Source: an uncultured Rhodospirillaceae bacterium
Lineage (GTDB): Bacteria > Pseudomonadota > Alphaproteobacteria > Rhodospirillales > UBA2165
Assembly (NCBI GenBank): GCA_964566055.1
Contig: CAZMHI010000005.1
Span: 35,690 to 99,689, forward strand
Length of the DNA: 64,000 nt
Reading direction: 5' to 3'
Within the stretch, counting starts at the first letter, position 1. The number at the start of each line of letters is the position of its first letter. A model generated the notes under the pieces. The model searched no databases. It saw only the letters and a list, made by a program, of their open reading frames with translations, and had not been told where the DNA came from. The position numbers and the translations under genes were made by a program. Shown one piece after another: positions 44,727 through 55,061 of this stretch.

Positions 44727-46006
44727 TAGCTGCCCTCCTTCGCATCAGCTCCGCCGGCAGTAACTGCCGCCGATATACTGTCTGGTAATGGTTTGGTTTT
44801 CTCAAATTTGCCAACCAATGGAATAAAGACCACCAGATGGAGGAAATAATAAGCGGTCGCTAACCGGCCAATGAGCAGGAAAGTGCCTTCGGCGGGCTTG
44901 GCACCAATATAGCCTAAGATGATGGTGTCGATGAAAAAGAGCCAAAACAGCCAGAAATAAGTGGGCCGGAATTTGGCGCTACGGACTTTGGAAGTATCCA
45001 GCCACGGCAATACCAGCAACACCAGGATCGAGGCGAACATAGCAATCACGCCGGCGGTCTTTGCTGGGATAATCACCGGTAGGATGCCCCAAACATCGAC
45101 AAAGTTGTCCGGTACGGCACGCAGGATCGCGTAAAACGGCAGGAAATACCATTCGGGCACAATGTGTGTCGGTGTCACCAACGGATTGGCTTCGATGTAG
45201 TTGTCCGGCTCACCAAAGAAATTCGGTGCAAAGAAGGTGAAGCCTAAGAAAAAGATTAAAAATAGGCCGACGCCGTAGGCATCTTTCGCCGTGTAATAGG
45301 GATGGAAGGGAATTTCATCCTCATCGCCTTTAACCTCAATACCCAACGGGTTGCTGGATTTATGCGTATGCAAGGCCCAGAGATGCAGAAATACCAGAGC
45401 AAAAATCACAAACGGCAGGAGATAGTGGAAGGAGAAGAATTTATTCAGGGTTGGGTTATCAACCGAGAAGCCACCCCACAGCCACTGCACGATAGATTCA
45501 CCAAAGAACGGCACAACCGAGAACAAATTGGTGATCACCGTGGCGCCCCAGAAACTCATCTGTCCCCACGGCAGCACATAGCCCAGAAACGCGGTCGCCA
45601 TCATGGCGAGGAAAATGAAAATGCCGATGATCCAAAGTAATTCACGGGGTTCTTTGTAAGAACCGTAATACATGCCACGGAAAATGTGGATGTAGACGCA
45701 AATAAAGAACATCGAGCCGCCATTCATATGGAGATAGCGGATCAACCAGCCATAATTAATATCGCGCATAATGCGTTCGACGGAATCAAAAGCCATAGAG
45801 GTATGCGGCACATAGTTCATTGCCAGCATAATACCGGTGCCGATCATGATAACCAGAATCAGCCCGGCGAGTGAGCCGAAATTCCACCAGTAGTTCAGAT
45901 TGCGCGGGGTCGGATATTCAACAATCGCATGATCGAGAAAAGTGACGATCGGCATGCGGTGATCGACCCATTTAATAATTGGATTTTTCCAGGTTCGCGA
46001 GCTCAT
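44726..46006 (-). CDS. petB: Cytochrome b
   Basis: 426 aa. It starts with the typical NYWWNFGSL, shows [12 protein letters not shown] and [13 protein letters not shown], and shares 1 nt with petC. Confidence 0.95.
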   Translation of the reverse strand: MSSRTWKNPIIKWVDHRMPIVTFLDHAIVEYPTPRNLNYWWNFGSLAGLILVIMIGTGIMLAMNYVPHTSMAFDSVERIMRDINYGWLIRYLHMNGGSMFFICVYIHIFRGMYYGSYKEPRELLWIIGIFIFLAMMATAFLGYVLPWGQMSFWGATVITNLFSVVPFFGESIVQWLWGGFSVDNPTLNKFFSFHYLLPFVIFALVFLHLWALHTHKSSNPLGIEVKGDEDEIPFHPYYTAKDAYGVGLFLIFFLGFTFFAPNFFGEPDNYIEANPLVTPTHIVPEWYFLPFYAILRAVPDNFVDVWGILPVIIPAKTAGVIAMFASILVLLVLPWLDTSKVRSAKFRPTYFWLFWLFFIDTIILGYIGAKPAEGTFLLIGRLATAYYFLHLVVFIPLVGKFEKTKPLPDSISAAVTAGGADAKEGS

Positions 46007-46017
46007 GATTTTCCTCC

Positions 46018-46578
46018 CTAACCTATAAGAATGTTTGTGTCATCGACGAATTTATACGGCGGTATCGCCAAATTCTTTGGTGCCGGACCCTTACGAATGC
46101 GTCCGGAAGTATCATAATGCGAACCATGGCAGGGGCAGAACCAGCCGCCAAACTCACCTTTGTTATCGCCGCTTTTCTGACCGAGCGGAATACAGCCGAG
46201 ATGGGTGCAAATACCGATCATCACCAGCCATTGGCTTTTCTTGACCCGGTCTTTATCGGTCTCGGGGTCGGGAAGATCTTTCAATTCAGTGGCCTGGGCG
46301 GCTTCGATTTCCTTGGCCGTCCGGCGGCGTACAAAAACTGGCTTGCCGCGCCAAATGGCGGTAATGCTTTGGCCTTCTTCGATCGAGGATATATCAAGCT
46401 CGGTTGAAGCCAATGCCAACACATCTTTCGACGGGTTCATAGCATCAATGAAGGGCCATACGGCCATTGCCGTGCCGGCAGCACCGACGGCTAGGGTAGA
46501 ATATAATAGAAAGTCACGCTTTGAATCATCTTGTGATTCGTGTTCTGCGCCTTCCGCGGTTGAAGCTGTTTCAGCCAT
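46018..46578 (-). CDS. petA: Ubiquinol-cytochrome c reductase Rieske iron-sulfur subunit
   Basis: Motifs are CTHLGC and [10 protein letters not shown] place the start at the ATG at 46578 with AGAGGAAA upstream. The ORF track begins 6 codons earlier at a GTG. Confidence 0.92.
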   Translation of the reverse strand: MAETASTAEGAEHESQDDSKRDFLLYSTLAVGAAGTAMAVWPFIDAMNPSKDVLALASTELDISSIEEGQSITAIWRGKPVFVRRRTAKEIEAAQATELKDLPDPETDKDRVKKSQWLVMIGICTHLGCIPLGQKSGDNKGEFGGWFCPCHGSHYDTSGRIRKGPAPKNLAIPPYKFVDDTNILIG

Positions 46579-46822
46579 GCCTATTTCCTCTTTCACACCG
46601 GTTAGGTCCGGATGTTTAGTCCTCTACAAAGGTCGTTAAATGCATAAATGGGGATTATTTTTTGGTTTAACAGTGTCCAGGCCATTGTGTGGGGCAAGGT
46701 ATAATGCAGAATACTCCGTTAGAAAAGCCAAAATGACCAATAAGTCGCTGTATTGTTGGGGAAAAACTCACTGAAATCATTGGTTTTTTTGAGATTTAGA
46801 ATAAAAAAAAGGTATAACTTTT

Positions 46823-47287
46823 ATGCGATTAGCCCTATTTGAGCCGGATATTCCCCAAAATACCGGGACGATCCTGCGTTTAGCCGCCTGTTTTGGTATT
46901 GGCGTCGACGTTATAGAGCCTTGTGGTTTTGTCTTTAGTGACCGCCGGTTAAAGCGCGCTGGAATGGATTATCTCGATCAGGTTGAACTGACCAAACACG
47001 ACTCCTGGGCTAAATTCAGCGAATATAATGCAGCCAGTGGGGCGGCTGCACGAATCGTGTTGCTCACCACCAGAGCCGACTTAGTCTATACGGACTTCAA
47101 CTTTCAACCGGCGGATATTTTACTGCTGGGCCGGGAAAGCGCCGGCGTGCCGGACAACGTCCACGCTTCGGTAGATGCCAGCATCGTCGTACCAATGTCT
47201 CCGGAAATGCGTAGCCTCAATATTGCAGTATCTGCAGCCATGGTGTTAGGCGAAGCGTTGCGCCAGACCGATGGCTTTCCCGACTAG
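46823..47287 (+). CDS. trmL: tRNA (cytidine/uridine-2'-O-)-methyltransferase TrmL (SpoU family)
   Basis: 154 aa. Motifs are LFEPDIPQNTGTILRLAACFG, LLLGRESAGVP and SLNIAVSAAMVLGEALRQ. Confidence 0.88.
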   Translation: MRLALFEPDIPQNTGTILRLAACFGIGVDVIEPCGFVFSDRRLKRAGMDYLDQVELTKHDSWAKFSEYNAASGAAARIVLLTTRADLVYTDFNFQPADILLLGRESAGVPDNVHASVDASIVVPMSPEMRSLNIAVSAAMVLGEALRQTDGFPD

Positions 47288-47703
47288 AATTTTATTTCGA
47301 AGTCATCAGGAATATCGAGCCAATTTTTGGCCTCGGAAATATCTCTAAAGGGCATTCGTTTAACTGATTCTGTTTCCAGCAACGTCGTCCATTGCCGACT
47401 ATGGCCCCAAGACCCCTCTTTTCCCATATAATAAGCTATTTTACAGGGAGATATTTTTTCATTAATTGCCTCAATCAATGCTGCTGTACTTTTCATGTAT
47501 TTGTAATTTACTTTTTTCTGATTGAGATTTTGAGCATCCATATAGAAATTATAACCAACCTGATACTCTGGTGAAGCCAATATATTCTGGTAGTTTTCAA
47601 CTATTTTTTCTATGGAAAAAATACCGGAAAATCGAATGAAGACACACCGTAATTCCGCATTAATATTAAATTCTGATAGCATTTCTTCCATGGTGGACAG
47701 CAT
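47284..47703 (-). CDS. Hypothetical small protein in a low-GC islet; paralogue of 60698..61138
   Basis: 139 aa. It shares VFI(R/K), P(E/D)(Y/F)x(V/L)G(Y/I)N, K(I/L)A(Y/W) and the C-terminal FR(D/E)...(E/D)AK(N/E)WLxIPxD(F/Y)EIxF with the 146-aa ORF at 60698. I recognise no family; a STAS-like fold is only a guess. Confidence 0.5.
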   Translation of the reverse strand: MLSTMEEMLSEFNINAELRCVFIRFSGIFSIEKIVENYQNILASPEYQVGYNFYMDAQNLNQKKVNYKYMKSTAALIEAINEKISPCKIAYYMGKEGSWGHSRQWTTLLETESVKRMPFRDISEAKNWLDIPDDFEIKF

Positions 47704-47814
47704 ATAGTTTTATGTATTTTTTTTAAACTAGAAATAAGTCGAAATAAATTAGCTAAATATAGTGATATATAAATTGCCCGCTCTAAGGATTACTTGGTTG
47801 CGAGAATCTCTTAA

Positions 47815-48156
47815 TTACAAATAATTTTCATCGTCGCTGCCGAAGAGTTTTTCGACATATGAGAGCTCGCTGCGGAGACCTTGGCGGCCGATCAATTTGG
47901 TTTGAGCACCGGGCGGCAGATCTGTAAAAGCGATGACGCCTTTGCCGATGAGGACTTCAATCAAATCCTCGGTAACGCGGGCGAGTGATAAATCGGCTTG
48001 CAGCCATTCATCATTTTTGATGATTTCCTGAACATCCACACCCATAAATTCCATGAGTTCATCGCTACCGGCAGGAACTTCTTCATTGGCTCCGTTTTCC
48101 GGCCCAGCGAAGACGGCTTCAATAAATCCATCGGCGTTGCGTCTGACAAAAGGCAT
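47815..48156 (-). CDS. Hypothetical protein
   Basis: 113-aa acidic ORF downstream of, and co-oriented with, the MoxR-type operon. I recognise no motif. Confidence 0.45.
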   Translation of the reverse strand: MPFVRRNADGFIEAVFAGPENGANEEVPAGSDELMEFMGVDVQEIIKNDEWLQADLSLARVTEDLIEVLIGKGVIAFTDLPPGAQTKLIGRQGLRSELSYVEKLFGSDDENYL

Positions 48157-48241
48157 GCCTGTTCAATTCCTATTTGTTTTTCCTGATTTACTATAACCCG
48201 ATTTTTGCGCCGAGGTAAACGCGGGCATTCCCTAGCAAATT

Positions 48242-50314
48242 CTACTGACCCTCCCGCCACCAGGACAACATGACGCCACCGGCGACGAGTAAGAGGAACA
48301 AAAGCGCTGGAAAAAGCGGCACTTGGCGCACGCCAGTCACCGTATAGGCGCCATTATTGACCATACCGAACCAGCCGTTACCGGCACCACTACGGCCCGG
48401 CTTGGTGCGCCGGAAATCCGGCAGGCCTTCTGAAATCCAGGCAATGCCGCCACCGCTGGCTTTCACCAAAGGCTGAATTTTTTCCGGCGAGGCGCGAAGA
48501 TCGGAAAGCTCCGGCGGGTTCAACTTGCCAACAGCCGCCAAGGTGTCGCGGCGGCCATCCTCAATTTTATAAAGCCCGGTTTCCTCGGCTGTAACAGTGA
48601 CTGTGGCAGCTCCGGTTTTACCTTCCTGAAGTTTTAGAACTGTCTTTTTACCAGAAGGTGCGGTCAGTGTGATCGGCGGAAGTGCGGGGTCGAGCGAACG
48701 CCGTTCAATGGTTAATTCCTTGCCGTCGACTTTTGCGCGCAGATCCTCTTCTTCGAGATCAGGTTCTTTCATCAGCCAATGGGCAAGCCGGCGCAATAAC
48801 TCGGCATGGGGTCCACCGCCATCATAGCCGCGCGCCCAGAGCCAGATCTGGTCACTCATAAATTGCGCCACCCTGCCCTCACCAACTCGGTCCAAAATCA
48901 GCAACGGCTTGTCTTCGGCCCCGTTAAGCAGCGTATGGCCCTGGCGCGGCACTGCATCAATTTGACGGAACCAGCGTCCCCACTTTACCTTTTTGCCGTT
49001 TGAACCTGGCAGACCACCCGTCACCGGATGGCGGCGGCCTTTTGCGGTTAATTTGGCGCGAAAACCATTTTCAATGACGGGACCCGACGGCTCACCCGGT
49101 AATATTTTGCCCAAAGGCGTGTGGTACAAGCTGCGCACACCGGCAAAGTCTGGTCCTACTGCCGCCAGTACTGCCCCGCCTTTTTGCACATATTGCTCAA
49201 TGTTCTGGAAATAATTCGGCGGCAACACAAAGCGGATGACATAGCGGTCAAAGACGATCAGATCAAATTCATGCAGTTTGATTTCAAACAATTCACGGAT
49301 TGGAAACGAAATCAGCGCCAATTCGTTTAAAGGCGTGAAATCATTTTTCTCTGGCGGACGCAAAATCGTAAAATGCACCAAATCAACCGAGGGATCAGAT
49401 TTCAGCAAATTGCGCCAGGTCCGCTCACCTAAATGCGGCTGGCCTGAGACCAACAGCACCCGCAAGCGATCACGCACACCATTGACGGTAATGACAGCCC
49501 GGTTGTTGGCGAGCGATAATTCGCGCGCCATTTTCTGAACTTCCATTTCGATGATGGTAGCCCCGCCATGATCCACCGGTACTGTAATGGTTTTGCTGCG
49601 GCCAATTGGTACTGTCGTATTGATGACTTTCTTGCCATCGATTTTAAGCTGTAGCGCGGCCCTGCCTGCCGAGGCCGATTTCTTGGGATTGTCATCAACG
49701 CGCACCCGGATTTTAACTTCTTTGCCGACAATGCCATAAGCCGGTGCACGCTCAACTACCAGACGACGATCCCGTTCATCTGGTTGGCCGGTAAGTAAAA
49801 GATGCAGCGGACGTTCAAACTTCTGATCTTCTGCACTTGGTGTATCATGCACCTGTCCATCAGTGATCACGACAGCGCCGGCAAAGCGGCCTTTCGGCAA
49901 ATCAGCCAGCGCCCGGTTCAACTCATTAAAAACTTGGGTGCCGTCATCGGTTTCCTGACCACGCACAACACGAAGCTGCAGATTTTTGTATGCTGCCAGT
50001 TTCTCCTGCACATGTTTGAGCGCGGCTTTTAGTTGCGCCCGCCGCTCACCGGTATTTTGGCTTGAGGATTCATCCACTGCAACAAGGGCGATATCCGGCT
50101 GTGGTGTCCGATTTTCGCTCTCTAAATGAGGATTAAAGAGCGCCAGGACAAGAATGCCCAACGCCGCCATACGCATAAACGAGCCGCGTGCACCTCTGAA
50201 AACACCAAACACCAACAGCAGTAAAATCAAGCCAGCCAGCACAGCAATTATCTGCCACGGCACCAGGGGTGAGAAACCGATGCCGGTGAGGCCGATGCCG
50301 CTGAACATGCTCAT
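48242..50314 (-). CDS. Membrane protein with a vWA-like (DxSxS) region; fourth gene of the MoxR/DUF58/BatA_N operon
   Basis: 690 aa with N-terminal TM helices and a C-terminal TM helix (LFPALLFLLLVAGGVML). VAVDESSSQ resembles a MIDAS DxSxS motif. It overlaps the upstream gene by 4 nt. Confidence 0.65.
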   Translation of the reverse strand: MSMFSGIGLTGIGFSPLVPWQIIAVLAGLILLLLVFGVFRGARGSFMRMAALGILVLALFNPHLESENRTPQPDIALVAVDESSSQNTGERRAQLKAALKHVQEKLAAYKNLQLRVVRGQETDDGTQVFNELNRALADLPKGRFAGAVVITDGQVHDTPSAEDQKFERPLHLLLTGQPDERDRRLVVERAPAYGIVGKEVKIRVRVDDNPKKSASAGRAALQLKIDGKKVINTTVPIGRSKTITVPVDHGGATIIEMEVQKMARELSLANNRAVITVNGVRDRLRVLLVSGQPHLGERTWRNLLKSDPSVDLVHFTILRPPEKNDFTPLNELALISFPIRELFEIKLHEFDLIVFDRYVIRFVLPPNYFQNIEQYVQKGGAVLAAVGPDFAGVRSLYHTPLGKILPGEPSGPVIENGFRAKLTAKGRRHPVTGGLPGSNGKKVKWGRWFRQIDAVPRQGHTLLNGAEDKPLLILDRVGEGRVAQFMSDQIWLWARGYDGGGPHAELLRRLAHWLMKEPDLEEEDLRAKVDGKELTIERRSLDPALPPITLTAPSGKKTVLKLQEGKTGAATVTVTAEETGLYKIEDGRRDTLAAVGKLNPPELSDLRASPEKIQPLVKASGGGIAWISEGLPDFRRTKPGRSGAGNGWFGMVNNGAYTVTGVRQVPLFPALLFLLLVAGGVMLSWWREGQ

Positions 50315-53061
50315 TGCCCGAGCCTCTCAAGAATGGCCGGTAAATGCACCTGATCGGCTTTGTAATTTCCGGTCAGCACGTACATCATCAAATTAATGCC
50401 AAAGCGATAGGCCATCTCGCGCTGCCTCTCACCTCCAGGCACCACGGGGAAAAGCGGTTTTCGGGCCTCATCCATCGCCCAGGCCGCCGCCCAATCATGA
50501 CCGCCGACAATAATTGAAGACACACCATCATTGGCGCGCTCAGCGGCCTGGCTGGCCAATTGCTGGACCCAGACACGGCCACCAGTCCAGCGGCCTGGAA
50601 ACTCTCTCAACAAATAATAGGCTTTGGTCAACACATGATCAGAGGGGATTGCGGTCATTGGCGGCACATCCAAATGGCGCGCGATCTCTTCAAGCCTATC
50701 GGCGCCAGCACCACCGCCGGAACTATCCCGCGTATCAAAAAAGATCGTACCGCCGCTTTTGAGGTAGCGGTTTAATTTTGCCGCTGTCGCCGGCTCGATC
50801 AGCGGCGCATCTTCAGTGACCGGCCAATAGATCATCGGATAATAGGATAACTCATCGCTTGCCGGATCGATCGCGATAGGTTTGCCCATTTCTGCTGCAG
50901 TGCGGCTATTGGCAATAAAAGCCAAACCTTCAAGGCCAGCCCGGCTGGTGTTATCGATCTGATTGTCACCCGTTTTAACATAAGCGATCCGGATATTGAG
51001 CGCCGGGGCAAATTCACGGTTGTCATTCGCTGGGCTGGAGTAGCCTGGTATTACGGTCTGCGCTTCAACAGAGGTAATAAACAATGGCGTTAGCATGAGA
51101 GCAAGCAGCGCTGCTGTGGCCCGGTTAAAGGTAAAGAACCCGCGCAAAGCAAAACTCGCAATAATATCAAGCAACGCCAAGAATAGTGCTGCGATCAACA
51201 GGTGCCCCCGGAAATCTTGTTCCCGGGTTTCCTGATAACTGTCGCGGGTCACAACTGCACCGAGATCTCCCAATGGTGTCAGATGCGTGATTGAGGGCGA
51301 TAAATTAAAGGCGCGGCGGGCGGTCTCATCGCCATAAAAGCCCGGAGGGTGCTGGGGCCCGGCTTTACCGCTCAGAAAATCACTGCCTTTCATAGCCAAG
51401 GCACCTGGGCGCGGATCTGTCAGACGGCCAAAGCCATCGATTGATTGCACCGGTTTGAGCAGCCGTTCGCTGGCCTCACCGACCACGCCGCGGCTCAGTT
51501 GCACAAGATTTTGCAGCATACCAACAAAAAGACCAGATAGAGGCAGATTTGACCAGTTTGGGCTGGCCGTAATATGGAAAAATACCAGCCAGCCATCGCC
51601 GCGTTTCTCAGCTGTTACCAACGGCGTGCCATCGGTGAGCCGGGCCCAGGTTCTCTCCGGCAGATCGACGGTTGGCTGCGCCAGGACTTGACGGCGGATA
51701 CGCACATCTTTCGGGATCACCAGCCCAGCAAAGGGGCTATTTTCGCTGAAAGCAGCGAGAGCAGCTGGTTTGGACCAGGAAAGTGCGCCGCCCAAATCCC
51801 GATTTCCTTTACGCAACCGCACCGGCAACATCGGTTTTTTCTCTGCCGACAATCGCGGTCCGGCAAAACGAAGCGCAATACCCCCCAGCTTGATCCAGCG
51901 CAGTAGCTGATCATTTTGTTTTTTGGTCATCTTACCGGGATCAGCAAGTACAATCATGGCAAGGTCGCGCTTAAACAATTCAGCCATGGTGCCGAGCCGT
52001 ACTTCGGTGAAAGGGTCGAGCGCTTTATCGAGATAAAAAAGATTATCCAGCAAAGGCTGACTGCTGCTGCGTTTGCGATTTGAAATCAGACCGACCGGCC
52101 TACGGCGCCAGCGCTCGTCAACCAGCACTGTCGAGCCGGCGGAATTAAAGTTTTCAATTTCAATGACCGTAACCTTATTTCTAATTTCTGCAGGCAGGAC
52201 GAGCTTTAATTTGGCCTCCGTCTCACCCGGGGCAAAATTCAGTGGCTGTCTGGTCAGCACATTACCATCGTCACCCCGCACCCGGACACTCAATGAAGCG
52301 GTGACCGAACTGGCTGCCCTCTTGGCTGAAACTGTCAAACCGTCACGCTCGGACACGGGCGGCAACAGGAGCGGCGGCAGGGCACCGGCGCTATCGGACA
52401 GCACCGTCACCGGACCCATTTTTTCGAGTGCAGCAGCAAACTCTGCTACATCGCTGCCATCCGGCTTGTCATTGAGGCCATTACTGAGCCAGATAATTTG
52501 TGGGCTGCCATCAACTTTAAGCTCGTTCAATATCGAGATTGCGGCGATGCGGTTGACCGGCCAGGGCTTGGGCTGAAGCGCTCCCAACAATTGACGGGCT
52601 GCATCAGCTGTCAGCAGAGATTCCATGGCGCGGGTCTGATCGGCAGTCCCGGGGGCTGTGGTGATAACGGCCACGGCACGGTTTTGACGTTCGGCCTGAT
52701 CCATCAAATTGGCAAAGGCCGTTTGGCGTTTATTCCAGTGCCGGGCCGAGGCCCAGCCATCATCGACGATTAAAATAAGCGGGCCGTCCTCAGCGATTTT
52801 ATTATTGGCATTTAAAATCGGATGCGCTGCTCCAAGTATAACCAGTGTCAGCAGAAGCAATCTTAAAAGCGTCAGCCACAAAGGTGTTTTTGCCGAGCTT
52901 TCTTCGGGATTGACCAGGCGCATAACGAGCCGGATGGCCGGGAAACGTACGCGTCTCGGGGCCGGCGGGATAACCCGCAGCAGCCACCACAATATCGGCA
53001 AGGTGGCGAGACCCAGCAGAGCGACCGGAGCAACGAAAGATATGGCGCCAAGGGTAAACAT
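50311..53061 (-). CDS. Large membrane protein with a BatA-type N-terminal domain and a DUF4159-like C-terminus
   Basis: 916 aa. The N-terminus FVAPVALLGLATLPILWWLLRVIPPAPRRVRFPAIRL matches the aerotolerance-regulator N-terminal pattern. The C-terminus FGINLMMYVLTGNYKADQVH resembles DUF4159 as I remember it. Confidence 0.65.
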   Translation of the reverse strand: MFTLGAISFVAPVALLGLATLPILWWLLRVIPPAPRRVRFPAIRLVMRLVNPEESSAKTPLWLTLLRLLLLTLVILGAAHPILNANNKIAEDGPLILIVDDGWASARHWNKRQTAFANLMDQAERQNRAVAVITTAPGTADQTRAMESLLTADAARQLLGALQPKPWPVNRIAAISILNELKVDGSPQIIWLSNGLNDKPDGSDVAEFAAALEKMGPVTVLSDSAGALPPLLLPPVSERDGLTVSAKRAASSVTASLSVRVRGDDGNVLTRQPLNFAPGETEAKLKLVLPAEIRNKVTVIEIENFNSAGSTVLVDERWRRRPVGLISNRKRSSSQPLLDNLFYLDKALDPFTEVRLGTMAELFKRDLAMIVLADPGKMTKKQNDQLLRWIKLGGIALRFAGPRLSAEKKPMLPVRLRKGNRDLGGALSWSKPAALAAFSENSPFAGLVIPKDVRIRRQVLAQPTVDLPERTWARLTDGTPLVTAEKRGDGWLVFFHITASPNWSNLPLSGLFVGMLQNLVQLSRGVVGEASERLLKPVQSIDGFGRLTDPRPGALAMKGSDFLSGKAGPQHPPGFYGDETARRAFNLSPSITHLTPLGDLGAVVTRDSYQETREQDFRGHLLIAALFLALLDIIASFALRGFFTFNRATAALLALMLTPLFITSVEAQTVIPGYSSPANDNREFAPALNIRIAYVKTGDNQIDNTSRAGLEGLAFIANSRTAAEMGKPIAIDPASDELSYYPMIYWPVTEDAPLIEPATAAKLNRYLKSGGTIFFDTRDSSGGGAGADRLEEIARHLDVPPMTAIPSDHVLTKAYYLLREFPGRWTGGRVWVQQLASQAAERANDGVSSIIVGGHDWAAAWAMDEARKPLFPVVPGGERQREMAYRFGINLMMYVLTGNYKADQVHLPAILERLGQ

Positions 53062-53063
53062 GA

Positions 53064-53969
53064 CTAATTAACCCCCGTCCATTCTGTGGTTGCTGTCAAA
53101 GCGACGTAGAGCTTTAACAAGGTTGCTTCCAGCGATTGATCCGTCGTGTGAATACCAAAACCCCATCCGGCGGTCCGGGCGATAGCCTCTAAGCCCCGCC
53201 TCTGCGCCGCCATTTCCGTTTTATAGTCATCGCGCACCCCTTCAACCCGTCCAATCAGGGCGTTGCCTTCATTTTCGGTGCCTTCAAAGCGGGTGCGCCC
53301 GCCAAAAGGCAGACTTTGCTCCGCCGGATCAAGTATCTGCAAAATATAGCCATCGACGCCCCGGTCTGAGAACACCCCAACTGCCCGGTTGATTTCATCC
53401 AAAGGTTCGAGAAAATCGCTGATCATGACCACCCGGCCATGTTTCGGTACCTGTTCATAAGGTGGCAAGCTGCTGGTATGTTCCTTGGGATCATGTTCCC
53501 GGTCATCAAGAGCTGCAGCCAGGATATTGAGCGCCATGCGCCCGGTCGAAGGGATAGTCCCGCGGCCCAAGGGAGCAATATGTTCACCGCCTCTGACCAG
53601 TAGTGAAGCCAAAGCCAAAGTGATTAAATCCGCGTGTTCAACTTTGGTTGGCAATTTTTTTGTCGATTGATACTGCATCGACGGTGAAGCATCACTCCAG
53701 AGCCAAACGCTTTGAGCCGCCTCCCACTCGGTTTCCCGCAAATAGACGCTGTCTGATCGGGCCGAGCGCCTCCAATCGATATGCTGGATGGGATCACCAC
53801 GTTCGTAGTGGCGGAACTGCCAGAAGGTCTCACCCTGACCAACCCGGCGGCGGCCATGCACCCCTTGCGCCACTGTCGCCGCTACCCGCTCAGCCGCCAC
53901 CATTAAAGGCGGCAGATTTGCAGCCAGTAGTTCAGCGCGGTGATGAAGCTCGGCGAGTGATGTCGTCAT
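53064..53969 (-). CDS. DUF58 (vWA-like) protein, MoxR partner
   Basis: 301 aa. It shows GxxxFxxxRxYxxGD (GETFWQFRHYERGDPIQHIDW) and VWLWSDASPSM (DxSxS). It lies immediately downstream of the MoxR ATPase gene. Confidence 0.8.
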   Translation of the reverse strand: MTTSLAELHHRAELLAANLPPLMVAAERVAATVAQGVHGRRRVGQGETFWQFRHYERGDPIQHIDWRRSARSDSVYLRETEWEAAQSVWLWSDASPSMQYQSTKKLPTKVEHADLITLALASLLVRGGEHIAPLGRGTIPSTGRMALNILAAALDDREHDPKEHTSSLPPYEQVPKHGRVVMISDFLEPLDEINRAVGVFSDRGVDGYILQILDPAEQSLPFGGRTRFEGTENEGNALIGRVEGVRDDYKTEMAAQRRGLEAIARTAGWGFGIHTTDQSLEATLLKLYVALTATTEWTGVN

Positions 53970-53980
53970 ACTGAGTAATT

Positions 53981-55015
53981 TTATCCAATTCTACTGGCGA
54001 GTTTATCGATAACTTTCTCCAAGGTGACACCTTCGGCGCGGGCGGCGAAGTTCAAGGCCATGCGGTGCCTCAGTACGGGTTGCGCCAAAGCCAGCACATC
54101 GTCAATTGACGGCGCCAAACGTCCCTGAATAACAGCGCGGCCACGCACGGCCAGCATCAGCGCCTGACTGGCGCGGGGGCCTGGGCCCCAGGCAACATGT
54201 TCTATAACTTCCGGGATATCGGACGAGGTCGGACGGCCCGAACGCACCATTTCCAAAATTGCCGACATCACACTATCGCCGACCGGCACATGGCGGACAA
54301 TCCGCTGGGCCTGTTGTAATTGATCAGCTGAGATAACTTGAACTGGCTTTTCTTCTTCAGCACCCGTGGTCGCTGTCAGAATTTCGCGCTCCGCCGTCAG
54401 CTGCGGATAATCAATGTTCACTTGCATTAAAAAGCGATCCAGCTGAGCTTCCGGCAGTGGGTAGGTGCCTTCTTGTTCGAGCGGGTTCTGAGTTGCCAGG
54501 ACATGAAACGGCGCCGGCAGATCGTGATAATGACCAGCCACCGAGACACGGCGTTCCTGCATCGCCTGTAACAATGCTGACTGAGTGCGCGGGCTGGCCC
54601 GGTTGATCTCATCGGCCATCAAGAGCTGACAAAAGACCGGCCCCTGAATAAAACGGAACGAGCGCTTACCGCTGTCAGCTTCTTCCAGCACTTCCGAGCC
54701 CAATATATCAGCCGGCATGAGATCGGGGGTAAATTGCACCCGGCGCTCATCAAGCCCTAAGACCGTGCCGAGGGTTTCCACTAATCTCGTTTTACCGAGA
54801 CCGGGCACACCGATCAGCAAGACGTGACCACCGGCGAGCAACGTGATAAGAGTTTCTTCGACGACAGGTTGTTGGCCGAAGATAATGCGGCCAATCGCAC
54901 CCTGAACTTTGGCAAAGGTTTTACTGATGCCTTCGAGTTCGTCGATGACGTCATTAGAGTTTGAACTGCCACTTGAATTTTCTGGAGCTTCGTTTGGAAC
55001 AGCAGCGTCAGTCAA
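53981..55015 (-). CDS. MoxR-family AAA+ ATPase
   Basis: 344 aa. It has Walker A GVPGLGKT, Walker B LLMADEINRASPRTQSALLQAMQE and LATQNPLEQEGTYPLPEAQLDRF. Confidence 0.92.
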   Translation of the reverse strand: MTDAAVPNEAPENSSGSSNSNDVIDELEGISKTFAKVQGAIGRIIFGQQPVVEETLITLLAGGHVLLIGVPGLGKTRLVETLGTVLGLDERRVQFTPDLMPADILGSEVLEEADSGKRSFRFIQGPVFCQLLMADEINRASPRTQSALLQAMQERRVSVAGHYHDLPAPFHVLATQNPLEQEGTYPLPEAQLDRFLMQVNIDYPQLTAEREILTATTGAEEEKPVQVISADQLQQAQRIVRHVPVGDSVMSAILEMVRSGRPTSSDIPEVIEHVAWGPGPRASQALMLAVRGRAVIQGRLAPSIDDVLALAQPVLRHRMALNFAARAEGVTLEKVIDKLASRIG

Positions 55016-55061
55016 TGGAATTCTCCTTAAAATCTAGAGTCACGCTTACGCGATACGTCAA

